Source: the human T2T-CHM13v2.0 reference genome, Homo sapiens | Length of the DNA stretch: 64,000 nt | Direction: 5' to 3' (one strand) | NCBI RefSeq assembly: GCF_009914755.1 | Contig: NC_060931.1 | Shown here: positions 1-16,257 of the stretch, in pieces | How the letters are laid out: every line of letters begins with the position of its first letter | Numbering within the stretch: position 1 is the stretch's first letter | The notes under the pieces: model-generated | What the model was told of the DNA's origin: nothing | What the model saw: the letters and a program-made list of their open reading frames with translations, nothing else | The model's database searches: none | Made by a program: the position numbers and the translations under genes

Positions 1-249
1 CTCAGCTTAGGTGGAATCCCCCTTACATGGATGTCTCCTCTTAGTAATTTGTCATGCACTGACTGCCACCCTGCTCCCTGGCTATAAATCTCCACTTGTC
101 CTTGTTGTATTTGGAGTTGAGCCCAGTCTCTCTCCCCAACTGTGAGACCTCATTGCAGAAATGTCCTACCTACCCCGCAATCCCCCACCTCCGAATAAAG
201 TCTTTCTTGACATCTGTAACAAGTGTCATGAATAATTTTTTCTTTAACA
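1..249 (+). mobile_element. 3' part of ERV1 solo LTR, MER31-like
   Basis: TATA-like GGCTATAAAT, AATAAAG poly(A) signal, and terminus ...AATAATTTTTTCTTTAACA resembling the MER31 consensus as recalled; cut by the window start. Confidence 0.65.
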
Positions 250-299
250 TCAGTCAGCAAACTATTCTGAGCCTGAGGTCAGAGGGCTAGGGCTGGATC

Positions 300-700
300 T
301 AAGGCAGAGGAGGTGTGGAAAGGGAGAGGACGAGTCCAGAGATGCAAGACTTGGCAGGGCTTGGTAACGGAGTGGCTGGAGGAAGAAAGGGTGAGGGAAA
401 AATTGAGGGTAATTGATTCTTGGTTCTTAGCTTGGTGGCAGGATTGACGGTGACTATGTAAGGGAAGACTGAAAATAGGGAGAGGGCAGAATTTGCAGTG
501 TCTCTGGAATACACGTGGAAATACCTGGGAGGCCGCTGAGTGGATGGGTCTGGTGTGCAGAAGAGAGACCTAGGCTGGGGATAAAGGTTTTGGGAATTCA
601 TCAAGCCTGTAGATGACAGCAGAAGTCATAGGAGCAGCTGAGAATGCACAGGGGACCTGGGGACCTGAGGCAGAAATGTGAAGAACATGGAGATTCAAAT
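300..700 (-). mobile_element. LINE-2 fragment
   Basis: Purine-rich degenerate L2-like sequence (e.g. GAGACCTAGGCTGGGGATAAAGGTTTTGGGAATTCATC); boundaries approximate. Confidence 0.5.
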
Positions 701-1869
701 CACATGATTTCTCTTTACTAGCTTGTAAACTGTTCATGCACTAGTCATGTCTTGGCCACTTTATTTCTCATATACAATGATCATTGAGGTGACTTGAGGT
801 CCAAGCTCTGAGAGTGTTTAAATCTGCTGCCCACAAATAAATGACCATTTTAGAGATGCTCCTAGGAGGCCTTGCTGTGTGCTCTTCAGGGTCAGTTGGC
901 CACCAAATTGTCAGGTTGGCAGAGGTTGTCCTTAGGGTCTCCAAACTATCCCCAACAAGACCTGAACCCCTTGGCATTGGCTAGTGCAGGGGAAAGAAAG
1001 TTTGTGCTTTTGCGTTGGACGTAGCTGGGTGAGAGTTACAACTCTCACCTGAGGGGGTTCAAACCTGCACAGTTGTAAAGACAAGAGGTTTTTATGGCAT
1101 AGTATATTTTACTTAACTGCTGAATGTCTGCCTCATCCACAGGGATATTAGCTTCATGTTAGCTTTGTTTTCTACAACAAAGGCATAGACACACTTGCCA
1201 CTGATAGCATGTGATAGAAATAGGACCTTCTATCTAAGGCCTCACTTTTCATTTCTGCAAAATGGAAATAATAATCCTTGCCTTTTCTATTTTATAGAAT
1301 TATTGAAATAATCAAAGTCTTAGATAGCCATTCCTATGACTTGTAGCAAGACAGCAACCCCTTGGAAAGAAAATCACAAGCAGGAGAGTTGTTGCGTGTT
1401 CATAATCCTCCAAGTTCATTATTCCACAGAGAAGAAGGGTGCCCAGGTCAGGTTGACTATAGACAGGTCTCTGGCAGAGGGAAAGCCTCCACTCCCACCT
1501 TGTCCTGCATATTTGTAAGAATGGGTGATCTTGTAAAGTAAAAGCTCCCTAATAGAGAAGCAGCCTCATCAGAGAGGTGGAGCCTCCAGAGTGCTTGGCT
1601 GTGTGCTTTGGTCACTGTCTCAGGAACAACCTCTCTTTGCTAACCCACAGCAAGGGGAAGAGGGGGGCCTCCAGGGCCATCCCAAACCCTCTCTCCCAAC
1701 TTGGGTATTGCCAGTGCTCACAACAGAGCTCAGCACATGGTAAGTTGTCAAAAAGCAGTCATTGAATAAATAATGTACTCAAACTGTTTGATCCAGCAAT
1801 GCATTACTGCATCTCTACTCAGAGAAAAAGAAGTCATTATATGAAAAAGATACTTGCACACACATGTTT

Positions 1870-3349
<1,480 letters not shown>

Positions 3350-5817
3350 TTATAGCAGCACAATTTGCAATTGAAAAATATGGAGCCAGCCTTTATGCCC
3401 ATCAATGAATGAGTGGATAAAGAAAATGTGAGATATATATGTATACGCTGTGGAATACTATTAGCCATAAAAAGGATAGAAATAATGGCATTCACAGCAA
3501 TTTTGATGGAATTGGAGACCATTATTCGAAGTGAAGTAACTCAGGAATGAAAAATTAAACATCGTAAGCTCTCACTCATAAGTGGGAGCTAAGCTATGAG
3601 GACAAAAAGACATAAGAATAATACATTGGATTTTGGGGACTGGGGGAAGGGTGGGAGGGGGTGAGAGATAAAAGACTGCATATTGGGTACAGTGTACACT
3701 GCTTGAGTGATGGGTACACCAAAATCCCAGAAATCACCACTAAAGAACTTATTCATGGAACCAAACACCACCTGCTCCCTAAAATCCTATTGAAATAAAT
3801 ACTTTTTTAAAAAAATGTACTCGAAAGTGTCTAGCACAGTCCCTGCACACAGTAGGTACTCAGGAAGTATGCTTTCCTTCTGTCCTCCAGATGATCACAA
3901 GACTCATGCTCATTCCAAACCATATTTCTGAGTGCCTCCTTCCCCACTCATACACCTAGGGTGGTCTGCCTCTCCCTGGGGGCCCTAAATATGCTGGGTT
4001 TCTCGCTTTTTTTTCCCCCAATCATATTTGCTGGGTCCTTTGTTCCACCCCTTTGTCCCCTATTTGCTATTATGATGGAAAATAGCACTTTATAACAACC
4101 TAATGAGATAGGGACAACTGCCACTCTTTTCCAGAGAAGAAAACTGAGAGTCCAGGGTTTAGTGTCTTGCCCTAAGCCATAGGGATGGTAAGTTACAGTG
4201 TGGGAGCATCTAAGCCTTTTGACTGTGAGTCCATGGTTCTGCAGCTGCCTCCCTGGGAGCAATGTGATCCTTTAAAAACTATTACTCAGCAGATCCTCGG
4301 GAGAGGATAATGAATGATCATCATGATGCACTTCCCAGAAAGCCACAAACTCAGGCTGCTTTGGGTGGAATCCTGGAAATTAGTGGAAGAAATGCTCTGG
4401 TCAAGACAGCCAGGTCCTAGGGCCAGTTCTGCCACCTTGCATATGTGTAACCTTGGGCAAATCTCTGCACCCTGCTAGGCATCAGTTTTCATTTCCACAA
4501 AATGGAAGTAATAATCCCTGCCCTTTCTATTTTATAGTACTGTTGAAAGAATCAAATGCATAATATGGGTGAAAAATGGTCATTAATCAAGAGTGCCATT
4601 TGGGTCTCTAAATATTGACTCACAGTATCTATTATGTATTTATTTTTATTCTAAATTAATTTTTCCTAAGAGATATTATAAATATGTTTGAACTGCACTT
4701 CATAAACTTTTTTATCAGCCAGACTAAATTTTTTATAGTCTACTCTAGCAGAAATAACTCATTGTCATTGTCATCACTTTGATAAACAAAGCTTTGAGGG
4801 CTTAAAACATCACCGAGGATAGAACTGATATTTGCCAAGGGATCCTTTGGTCCATGAATCTCACCAATTGGCTCCCTGTGCAGTTACATGAATGAGGAAA
4901 GGACAAGGCTCTTGGATCTGCGATGTCTGAACTGCCTCCTGCCAAGTGGCAGGGACAATTTTAGTGCTGCTGAGAATCTGACTGCTGTTTCCGCCCACTC
5001 CCGCCTTCCTCCTTCCTCCTGTCCTTGAGCACGCAGATGCTGCCTGCCTTCTGCTCTCTCCTTCACCATTTTCTTGCATTTCCATGTCTCCTTGTACCCG
5101 TTTTCCTTACTTCAGATTCTCATTACTGTGTTTTCCTTCTTATCCCTCCCCACCCCCTATACACATAGTTATATATTGCTTGGTTTCTCCAACAGACCTA
5201 TGCTGTGTTTCCTTACCACAATGAGCATGCCCGGGCACAGCCTGGGGGTAGCAGGGGTGATTCATTCTCATTCTTCTCTTGAACCCTCATGATACCAATG
5301 ATAAGGGTCCTTTCCAATATGGCCAACATCTTTACTTCCCTTGTCATCTTTCCCCTGGATTACTGTATCCTTTTATTTGGGCACCTGCCTCTAGTTCTGC
5401 CCACTCCAGTCTACTCATTCACCCTACTGCTCTCAGAATGAACTTTCTAAATATAAATCTGACCTACCACTTCTGGAATGCAGTAGCTAGAACCTACAAA
5501 CTCCAGATAAAATCCATATTCCTCAGCTTCACATTCAAGGTCACCTGTCACTTACCCATTACTTACTGCTCCAGATGTACTCATTCCCAGTTACACAGGT
5601 CCTGCACACTGAAAGTAGATCTTCGGGGGCACTGCTAGTGAATGAATGAATGAATAGCGCTTGCTCAGCATGGGAGGTTGTATGATGCAATGGAACCTGT
5701 ATAGATTTGGGGTTAGACCTGTGTTAAGGCCCCTGAAACTTATCCACTGATATTGAGCAATTAACCTCTTTTAGCCTAATTTTCTCTGTGTATAATAGAA
5801 AATCTTATGCTCTTCCC

Positions 5818-6040
5818 ACAGCTGGGACTAGGGAATGGTGACTGAGGGATTTACCTTGGACACAAAAATTAAGGAAGCACCAAAAATTCAGTAATCAAGA
5901 AAATATCTTAATACAATATTTTTTGGAAAAATCAAAATTGGTGAAAAAAATCCATGATGAACAAAATTTTAAAATTGTAAATAAAGACAGTATCTGACCC
6001 GACTCTGCTCTTACCCGACTCACCTCACTTGCTGCCCTTC
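5818..6040 (+). mobile_element. MER96B-like hAT DNA transposon fragment
   Basis: CAAAAATTCAGTAATCAAGA...AAAATCCATGATGAACAAAA...AAATAAAGACAG resembles MER96B as recalled. Confidence 0.6.
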
Positions 6041-6481
6041 TCATTGACATTACATTACTGGTCATTAGTGACCAGTGGCACTCTATAAACTGTAGTTGGC
6101 CTGGAATATACAGAAGGTCAAAGTGTTTCTATATTTTAATAGTAATTGGCCAGAATGATTTTATGTGTGTTCCACCCATTTGCAAATTTGGGCTTTAATT
6201 TTGTATGTCTTCTGTTATTTCCTTTTTTTAAGCAATTTCTTTTTAGTATCGCAGTTTACAAGAGTTTTGGTGAGCAATGGATTAGAAATAATTTTACAAA
6301 AATGTTCCTTCATCACAGATGGCTTAGGAAGCACTGCTCTGAAATTCAACGCAACCCCGAAGCTCTGTGGTTTTCTAGGATTGATTCATTTGTTTCTAAC
6401 TGAGATGTACCGAACCGTGAAAGGATGTGGGCTGGACATACTAACTCCAAGGAGCCCGGGTATCATTGAAGTCCATGTCAA

Positions 6482-6500
6482 TGGCGCCCCCTGGTGTTCG
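6482..6500 (-). promoter_or_regulatory. CTCF core motif in a locally CpG-rich unique segment
   Basis: Minus strand CGAACACCAGGGGGCGCCA vs consensus TGGCCACCAGGGGGCGCTA; multiple CpGs retained in 6330-6590. Confidence 0.65.
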
Positions 6501-6619
6501 GGGGCGCAGCAGCCCTGTGCGAGTCCTGCAGCAGGCCCTCCTGGCCCATCCACTCGGTATACCCCACTTAACTTTTTTGCGGGGGCGGTTTCATTTTTGC
6601 TTTTTCTTTCTCACTTGCT

Positions 6620-7140
6620 GCTGCATTCATCTGGACAATGAATTCATCTGTCTATCTATTAATTCAACAAATACTTATCGAGCCTCTACTACGGGTAGGG
6701 CACATTCTCAGATGCTGGGAGTAGCGATCCATGAAATCTGACAGGGTACCTACCCTTAAGGAGCTTACAGTCTAGTGGAAAGGGCAAAATGAACAATTAA
6801 GCAAACAAATAAATGTATCAAACTTGTGAAGTGTTAGGAAAACTAAACTAAGTGTTCTGATAAACAAGAAGAGAATAAGGTTTACTTAAATCAGGTGTTC
6901 AGGAAAGCCCTTCCTGAGGACACCATCCCCGAAGGATGACAAGGTCTTAACAATTCAAATAACAAGTGAGAAACCCTGATAGGCAGAAGGAATGAAATGC
7001 ATTAAAGTCCTAGGAGGGAAAGAGCCTGCTGTGTGTGGTCCAGGACCTGAATGGAGAGCAGTGTCATTAGGCAGAGGGGAACATGCCAGGCAAGATTGAT
7101 GAGGTAGCATGCCACATCATGCAGCATCTGTAAGCCACGG
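6620..7140 (-). mobile_element. LINE-2 3' end
   Basis: ATTCAACAAATACTTATCGAGCCTCTACT...AAGGAGCTTACAGTCTAGTGG, typical reverse-complement L2 tail. Confidence 0.65.
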
Positions 7141-7218
7141 TGAGACGTATGCTCCCTACTTCAAAACATGTGCACCATATTTGAATTGTATATGATTTGG
7201 GATATTGAGTGTGATTAG

Positions 7219-8110
<892 letters not shown>

Positions 8111-9300
8111 ATGCAGCTTCCCAGTCTCCTCACGACCTCCAGGGATCACCCTTTCCCATATTCCCACATTGCCTGGGACTTCATCTTCCCTGACATATTT
8201 TAAATATGCTGAAGAAAAGTCCATGTTTTCCAAAGCATGTTTGTCAGAAACTTCTACTACTGGGAAACTGAATTTGACTGTCTCTCAATTTTTTGAGATG
8301 GCCTTTATCAGAGCAGCAGTTAAGGAATTGGAAGACTGTAAGTTGGTATTCTCCACAGATTCTATGAGGTCCCTGGGATAGGACATATGTATTGTCTCTT
8401 CATAGATGTACAAGTGCACACATATACACACATGCTAGGGTGCATTCTTATGGATGTACAGGGCAATTTCAGTTGTTGCTTTTATGACCAAATGAAAGCA
8501 ATACCATTTTCCTCGATGTTTTATAAAGGAAAGGCCTTTACTTGGGCTCTGGGTCAGTTTAGAGTTCTTTAAAACCATCTGGAGCATAATTTTCTTTCTT
8601 CTGAACAATTTCTTTGTGCTATTTTTCTTTAAGCTCAACTGTAGTAGGAAAAAAAATAAAAGCCTTTAGAAACCAAGCCAAAAATCGGTGTGAATCCTGA
8701 CAGCAGGCTCCAAAATGCCAAGTGGGAGAGAAAGAAATGGAAACACTGACTTTTTCCAAAGCCATATAACAATTCATCCTTCAGCAGACATCCATGTGGT
8801 CTGATGCATCTAAGCTTTCAGAGGCTGGCCTGGGCCAGCAGGAGCAGTTTGTCCCAGTGGCTGCATATTGTCATGTGCCCATCTATCCATCTACTTCCAC
8901 CACACTGAAGCTGGTGACCTTTAGGATTTGCTGCAAAATCCAGATGTTCAATCTGGCTCTTAAACCCCCAGAGGACTAACTATTGGTGTATTGCAGAGGT
9001 GCATGTAGATATTTTAAACTGCAAATGATAAGTTCATTTGGACGGTGGCTTCTGGACATCTTAGAAGGAATGATCTACTGCTGAAAATTGGATTTTTCTG
9101 TGGCTTTGCTTTTAAGAATAAATTCTTCTGTTAATCCTAGATCTATACTCTATTGCTCATAAAGGCAGCCTTATAATTATGAAGATATGACCCACTTTAT
9201 GAAAACTATTTATACAAAAATCTTAAGTTCAAAATAAATTTAACATACGGTAGTTGTTTGAATTTTAAAGTTCTATTAATAATTTTTAATCAAATGATTC

Positions 9301-9601
9301 TTTTTTTTTTTTTTTTTTTGAGGTGGAGTCTCACTCTGTCACCCAGGCTGGAGTGCATGGTGCCATCTCGGCTCACTGCAACCCCTGTCTCCTGGGTTCA
9401 AGCGATTCTCCCGCCTCAGCCTCAGTCAGTAACTGGGACTACAGGCACGCACCACCATGCCTTGTTAATTTTTTGTGTTTTAGTAGAGACAGAGTTTCAC
9501 CATGTTGCCCAGGCTGGTCTCAAAATCCTGAGCTCAGGCAATGTGCCCATCTCAGCCTCCCAAAGTGCTAGGATTACAGGCATGAGCCACCGCACCAGGC
9601 C
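9301..9601 (-). mobile_element. Alu, full dimer
   Basis: T18 tail; TSD AAATGATTCTT on both sides. Confidence 0.92.
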
Positions 9602-10095
9602 AAATGATTCTTATAAACTTCTAGCTTCTCTGGTTCCTCTGAAATAGGTGATTTGTGACAATTCATACCTGTTAGGAGAAAGAAATGTTTTGAGTAAGGT
9701 GGAGATGCAGGTACTCTGAAACAAAAGTGTCAACTTGTGAGGTTTAATCATATGGCTTTCCCCATAATTAGAATTGATAGTTGTCTTGATCACTTTTGAG
9801 CTTGAGAGGAGTTTCCTATCCATGTGACCTATGACTAAACTAGAGTCTAGTTGGTGATTTGTTGTCTGTGACAGATCCCATAAGCTGTTACTGAAACTGG
9901 TAAGCTGGTCTCTTAAGTGTCCTTAGATTCTCCTTACCACCTGCCTGCTAGGTCACAGTGTCGGGGGAAGAAACCTGGGCTTGGAGCCAGAAACCTGGGT
10001 TTGAGATTAGGTTCTAGCATTGACCACTCATAGCATCTGGTGAATAATTTACTTCTCAGAACCTCTGGTACCTTGTTTGTAAAACAGGAATAACG

Positions 10096-10402
<307 letters not shown>

Positions 10403-10574
10403 AAACAGGAATAACACCTGCCCAAGCTCTCTATGTTGTCATGAGATTTAAATGAGATACCATTATGGAAATGCTTCATAATCTATAAAAAAATACACAA
10501 AGGTTAGTTATCCTCTTTATTTTGTCCATAAAATAATAGTTTCCTCTCTGGAATGCTCATCCCTATGCCTTCAC

Positions 10575-11035
10575 AAGGGGTATGAGTCCAGATTCCAGCA
10601 AGAAGCAGAATCTACTCCACAGTTTTTAAGGCAGATACTGTAATGAAGGGATAAAAGTGTGGGTAGGGTTAAGGGAACAACCAGGAAAGGAGAGAGCCCA
10701 GAGAGTAACAACAGTGAGAAGCCATTACTCCCTCTATGGTCAGAGGGCCTAGGGTAGCAGTGGGAGGACCTATGCCACTGGAGCCCAGAAAGAGCTGGAG
10801 TCACAGAGGAGGGGTCACTCAATGGGAGCTACAGTCCCAGAGGGCCACAGTCTCTCCAAACACTCCTAAGCAGGGAAGAGGAGGAGAAACAAGGTCCTCA
10901 CCTGTCCCTCCTCCTGCCTCCTGGAGTCTCTCATTGACCAAAGTCACTGGAAACCAGCTGGTAAGTGATCCAGGCAATGGTGCTATTTGTGGAGTTAGAG
11001 AAGAGCAGGGAAGGCACATGCATGGGGTGAGTGGA
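10575..11035 (-). mobile_element. Old ERVL-type LTR (LTR41-like, uncertain)
   Basis: AGGGTTAAGGGAACAACCAGG...AACAACAGTGAGAAGCCATTACTCCCCTCT resembles ancient ERVL LTRs. Confidence 0.35.
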
Positions 11036-11779
11036 GCATTGCCAGTTCACTGGTCAAGTTCCTGCCCATTGCTTAGCTCCCATCTCCTCAGGATGCAGAG
11101 GACTTTCACCAATCCCTTGTTGGATTCAACTCCACCATCTTGTGTTTTCTCCATAACTCTTACTATCACCTGAAACCCTCTTCTTATTTATTTGCTTGGT
11201 TGTTTCCTGTTCATCCTCCCCTACTAGAAGGTACATTCTATGAGGCCAGGAACTTTGTTGGCCTTGTTGACTTCCCTTACTCCAAACCTGGAGCATAACA
11301 AATACTTGTTAAATATCTGCTGCATGTACAATGATGGCAGAGTAATTGAGTAAGAGGTAATATGATCAAGGATGCCATCAAATGAATACCTGAACTGTAA
11401 GTATATGAGGAGAAATTCCCGTTGCTCCTGCCCCTGGTTGAATCACCAGTCAAATTTTTGCATTCTGAAGAACTCAGACTGCTGGGCTGAGGCATGCTCA
11501 TTTATGCCATTTCCTCAAAGCCTCTTTGTTTCCTCATTGTTGTTTGCACATTGCAACAGGAATAGTTCTTCCATGATGAACTGAGGCCACTCCTTTTCTA
11601 TTTGCATCTGAAAGTGGGGACTTGGCCACTTCCTCTACACGTTCCTTATCTTTTTGGCAAAAAGGGAGCTCCTGTTGTTGCGTAACAGCTGTTGCCCCCA
11701 GACTCCCAGATGAGTCACCACAATGGCAATGGTACTAGTAATCCTTTATGCTCATATAAAGTGCTTTAGGGATTAAAAC

Positions 11780-12104
11780 TATTTGTGCAGTTATCATCTC
11801 TTAATCCTGACACTCTCCCATGAGAGAAGTGTTATTTTCTTGTCTCAGATAAGGAAGTTGAGGCCTCCCATGCGTGGATTTTCCTTGTCAGTGACAGATT
11901 TTTTCCTGGAGTAATCTATATAACTTTTTAGTAGCACTGATCCAGGAAACAGCTCTCAAGGGGACTGGCTTTGAGACCAAGTTCCATTTTGCCTACGGAG
12001 CAAGTCACCTAACCTCTTTGAACCTCAGTATCCTCATCTACGAGACAACAAACACTTCTCTTATGGGACAGTGTCAGGATTAAGAGATAATAGCTGCACA
12101 AATA
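11780..12104. repeat. Inverted repeat between two oppositely oriented MIR fragments
   Basis: 11780-11833 is the reverse complement of 12051-12104 at 50/54 positions, ungapped; 217-bp spacer. Confidence 0.9.
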
Positions 12105-12232
12105 CAGCTCTCCTGGCTCCTCACAGTTCAGTCTTTTCTAGCAATTGGCATGGCTTCATTCAGTATCTTTTAGTTGGTCAGGCAGCTTGGTCAGTGACAA
12201 AAATTTGGACTTTGGACTCAGACTTAAATTTA

Positions 12233-12530
<298 letters not shown>

Positions 12531-13254
12531 ACAACAACCACAAAAAGCCTCACTCTGGAACACAGTTTCTTTTTTATTTCAGGCAAGTAACATTTCTCTC
12601 ACGCCACTGTTCTCTCTTCTCTTGAATGGGGTTATTAAAACACATCTTCCAGAGTCATTTTGAGAATAAAATATCACAATATACATGGAAGTATTTGTCA
12701 CATAATAGGTGCTCCACAAATGTTAGTTCTCCTCCTCTTGTCCCACTTGCATGCTTTCATTTTATAAGCCACTTCACATCCCCTTTATGAGACTGGAGAC
12801 AGTATCAACCCAAAATAAGCTAGATTTTTAAATAACAGTCCACTCTGAGCTGTGAGGAGGAAGGGGAGCCCAGGCCAGGCAGAAGCTCCTTGCCCTGTAC
12901 TCGAGAGGTATGGGAGGCAGCCTAGTGATCTTGGCTTAACTCTAACCTCATCCTGACCTTGAGGCCACACTTATTTGCTCAGCATCAATCATGCCCATGA
13001 ACTTCTATAAATGTTATTGAGGTTTAAAAGGGGAAAGCAGCTGGTGCATATAGGTAAAAGGATAAGAGATTCCAAATTCAACTCTAGCTTCTTGGAGGAA
13101 TTAAGCACATGTATTTACTACTCTTTCACTGAGTGGCAGGTCCCATTCTAAGTGTTTTACACCAATTACCATATTTAAAATTTAGGTCAACTCTATGAAG
13201 TGTACTCTCATTACCCCCACTTTGAAGGTGAGGAAACAGAGAGTGTTAGAGGGG

Positions 13255-13598
13255 ATATTAGTTTGTTCTCACTCTGCTAGTAAAGACACACTCAAGACTC
13301 GATAATTTATTAAGGAAAGAGGTTTAATTGACTCAGAGTTCTGCAGGACTGGGAAGGCCTCAGGAAACTTACAATCATGGCAGAAGAGGAAGCAAACATG
13401 TCTTTCTTCACATAGTGGCAGCAAAGAGAATTGCCCAGCAAAGGGGGAAAAGCCCCTTGTAAAACCATCAGATCTCGTGAGAACTCACGAGAGTTCACGA
13501 GAACAGCATGAGGGTAACTACCCCCATGATTCAATTACCTCCCACTGGGCCCCTCCCATGACACATGAGATTATGGGAACTACAATTCAAGATGAGAT
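13255..13598 (-). mobile_element. THE1C-like MaLR LTR, 5' ~30 bp missing, inside a MIR
   Basis: GGCCTCAGGAAACTTACAATCATGGCAGAAG, GGGGGAAAAGCCCC, CAATTCAAGATGAGAT. Confidence 0.85.
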
Positions 13599-15059
13599 AG
13601 TTAGCCAAGAGCAAACCAGAATTTGATCCCAGTCACTGATAGTCACATTGGCCCTATGAGATAACAGCCCTGAAATTCTCAAATCTTCCTAAATCTCATT
13701 TGCCCAATCAACCAACCTTAATGTTTGGCCAATCATTGTTAGAAGAAATGAGGAAGTGTAAGGGAAGGAAAAGAGACTTGATCTAAGTTCTTGGCCACCA
13801 GTGGGTGCTGAGTCTGAGTGTAGAGAAAAAAGAAGACAGGAGATGATGCAGCACATCAACATTTGTGCTCATAAAAAATATTTTGAATAATCTTTGTCCC
13901 TTCCAAATATGGAAAAAAAAAAGTTTTTCCAGATCCTTAGCATGTCTACCCTGTTTCTCCACCTTAGCTTTTCCATACCTTCACTAAAGGGGAAGATAGA
14001 AATCCTGGGGCTCCTTTTGATGGAGGCCATGAGGACCCTGAATAAGCAAAGGACAACGGCTCTCCTTCTGTTGTTCTGGCTCCACAGCAGTAAACAGCTA
14101 CCTTGTCCCCTAGGGAAGCGGACCTCACCGCTGATGTGAGCATAAACACTCTCTGCTGCATCCTATGATGATAACGGGAAGTCCTTGCTGTGCAGGAGGG
14201 CAAGCGGACTTTGCAGTTAATCAAACAGCCATGTGGACATTGTAGTTAATCAAGTCAGAAATTGTGGCATCAGCTCTATTTGACACAAAAGAAGGGCAGA
14301 GGTCCCTAGTGGTACCACACAAAAGGAAAGGTGGTAAAGATAATGTCTTGGCTATGAATTACTGTTAAAAAAAGATAGGAAGGAATATGCTGGCTGTGAT
14401 TTTTAACATGGGTCAAGGGTATTTGACATGCACATGCCAGTTATTTTTGCGAGGCAAAATCTGCAGTGTTGGAGGTATGGATTCCCTTGAAGGCAGGGAG
14501 ATGATACCACCACCATAGCCTCTACATTTGAATCAGCTGTCTTGGAAAGTGGAGTGATCCCCATTTCCATTCACATGTCCTGCAGAGCCTGGGAGACCCC
14601 TTGGGGTAATATGTGAAGTGGATTCAATCATTGGATGGTAGGGAGTGAATTATAGCAACCTTAAGATTGGATATTCTAATACTATTCAAACTGTGCATGG
14701 ACTTCTCAGTGAACACTTCCATATAATGAGAGCAAGAATTGTATCCCCAGTGCCTGGCACACAGTTATTGCTCAATAAATATTTGATTGATCAGTGAGTA
14801 CATAATAACACATACATACATACTTTTAAAATCTAGTACTTACAAGGTACTAGGTAGTACGCTAAAGAGTTTTATACATCAATCAGTCTCCATAAACAAA
14901 GTATGCAAAGGCTAGGGGAATTGTCCAGTGTCACAGAGCAGTCGTCATAGGATCAAGGCTTTATTCTAAACCATCATGCTGATGAGCACAAGCCAACGAG
15001 GTTTTCTTGAAAGTAAATCACTTTATATCCTGTCTATATTCATAAATTCTGCTAGAACA

Positions 15060-16024
<965 letters not shown>

Positions 16025-16144
16025 GTCCCAGAACATCAAAGTTGAGCCCCCGAATGGTTGCTGGAGGTTGTTTGGCTTAGACCCCTATCTTCACATGGGA
16101 TACCAAGACTTCAGGAGTTTAATGATGGGCCTCAGATCCCCATC

Positions 16145-16257
16145 TAGGATGAACCAATTTTCCCTCTTGCCTGGGACTGAGGGGTTGCTGAAATGCAGGA
16201 CTTTCAATGCTGAAATCAGGAATGACTTGGGCGGACAAGGAAGAACTGGTCACCCTA
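16145..16257 (-). mobile_element. MER81-like hAT MITE
   Basis: Degenerate TIRs TAGGATGAACCA...TGGTCACCCTA; internal GGGACTGAGGGGTT and GGACTTTCAATGCTGAAA. Confidence 0.65.

Noticed and set aside
6165-6641. 158-aa ORF over the CpG-rich patch
   Set aside because: Non-ATG start, no recognisable homology or convincing splice context; better explained as a regulatory site
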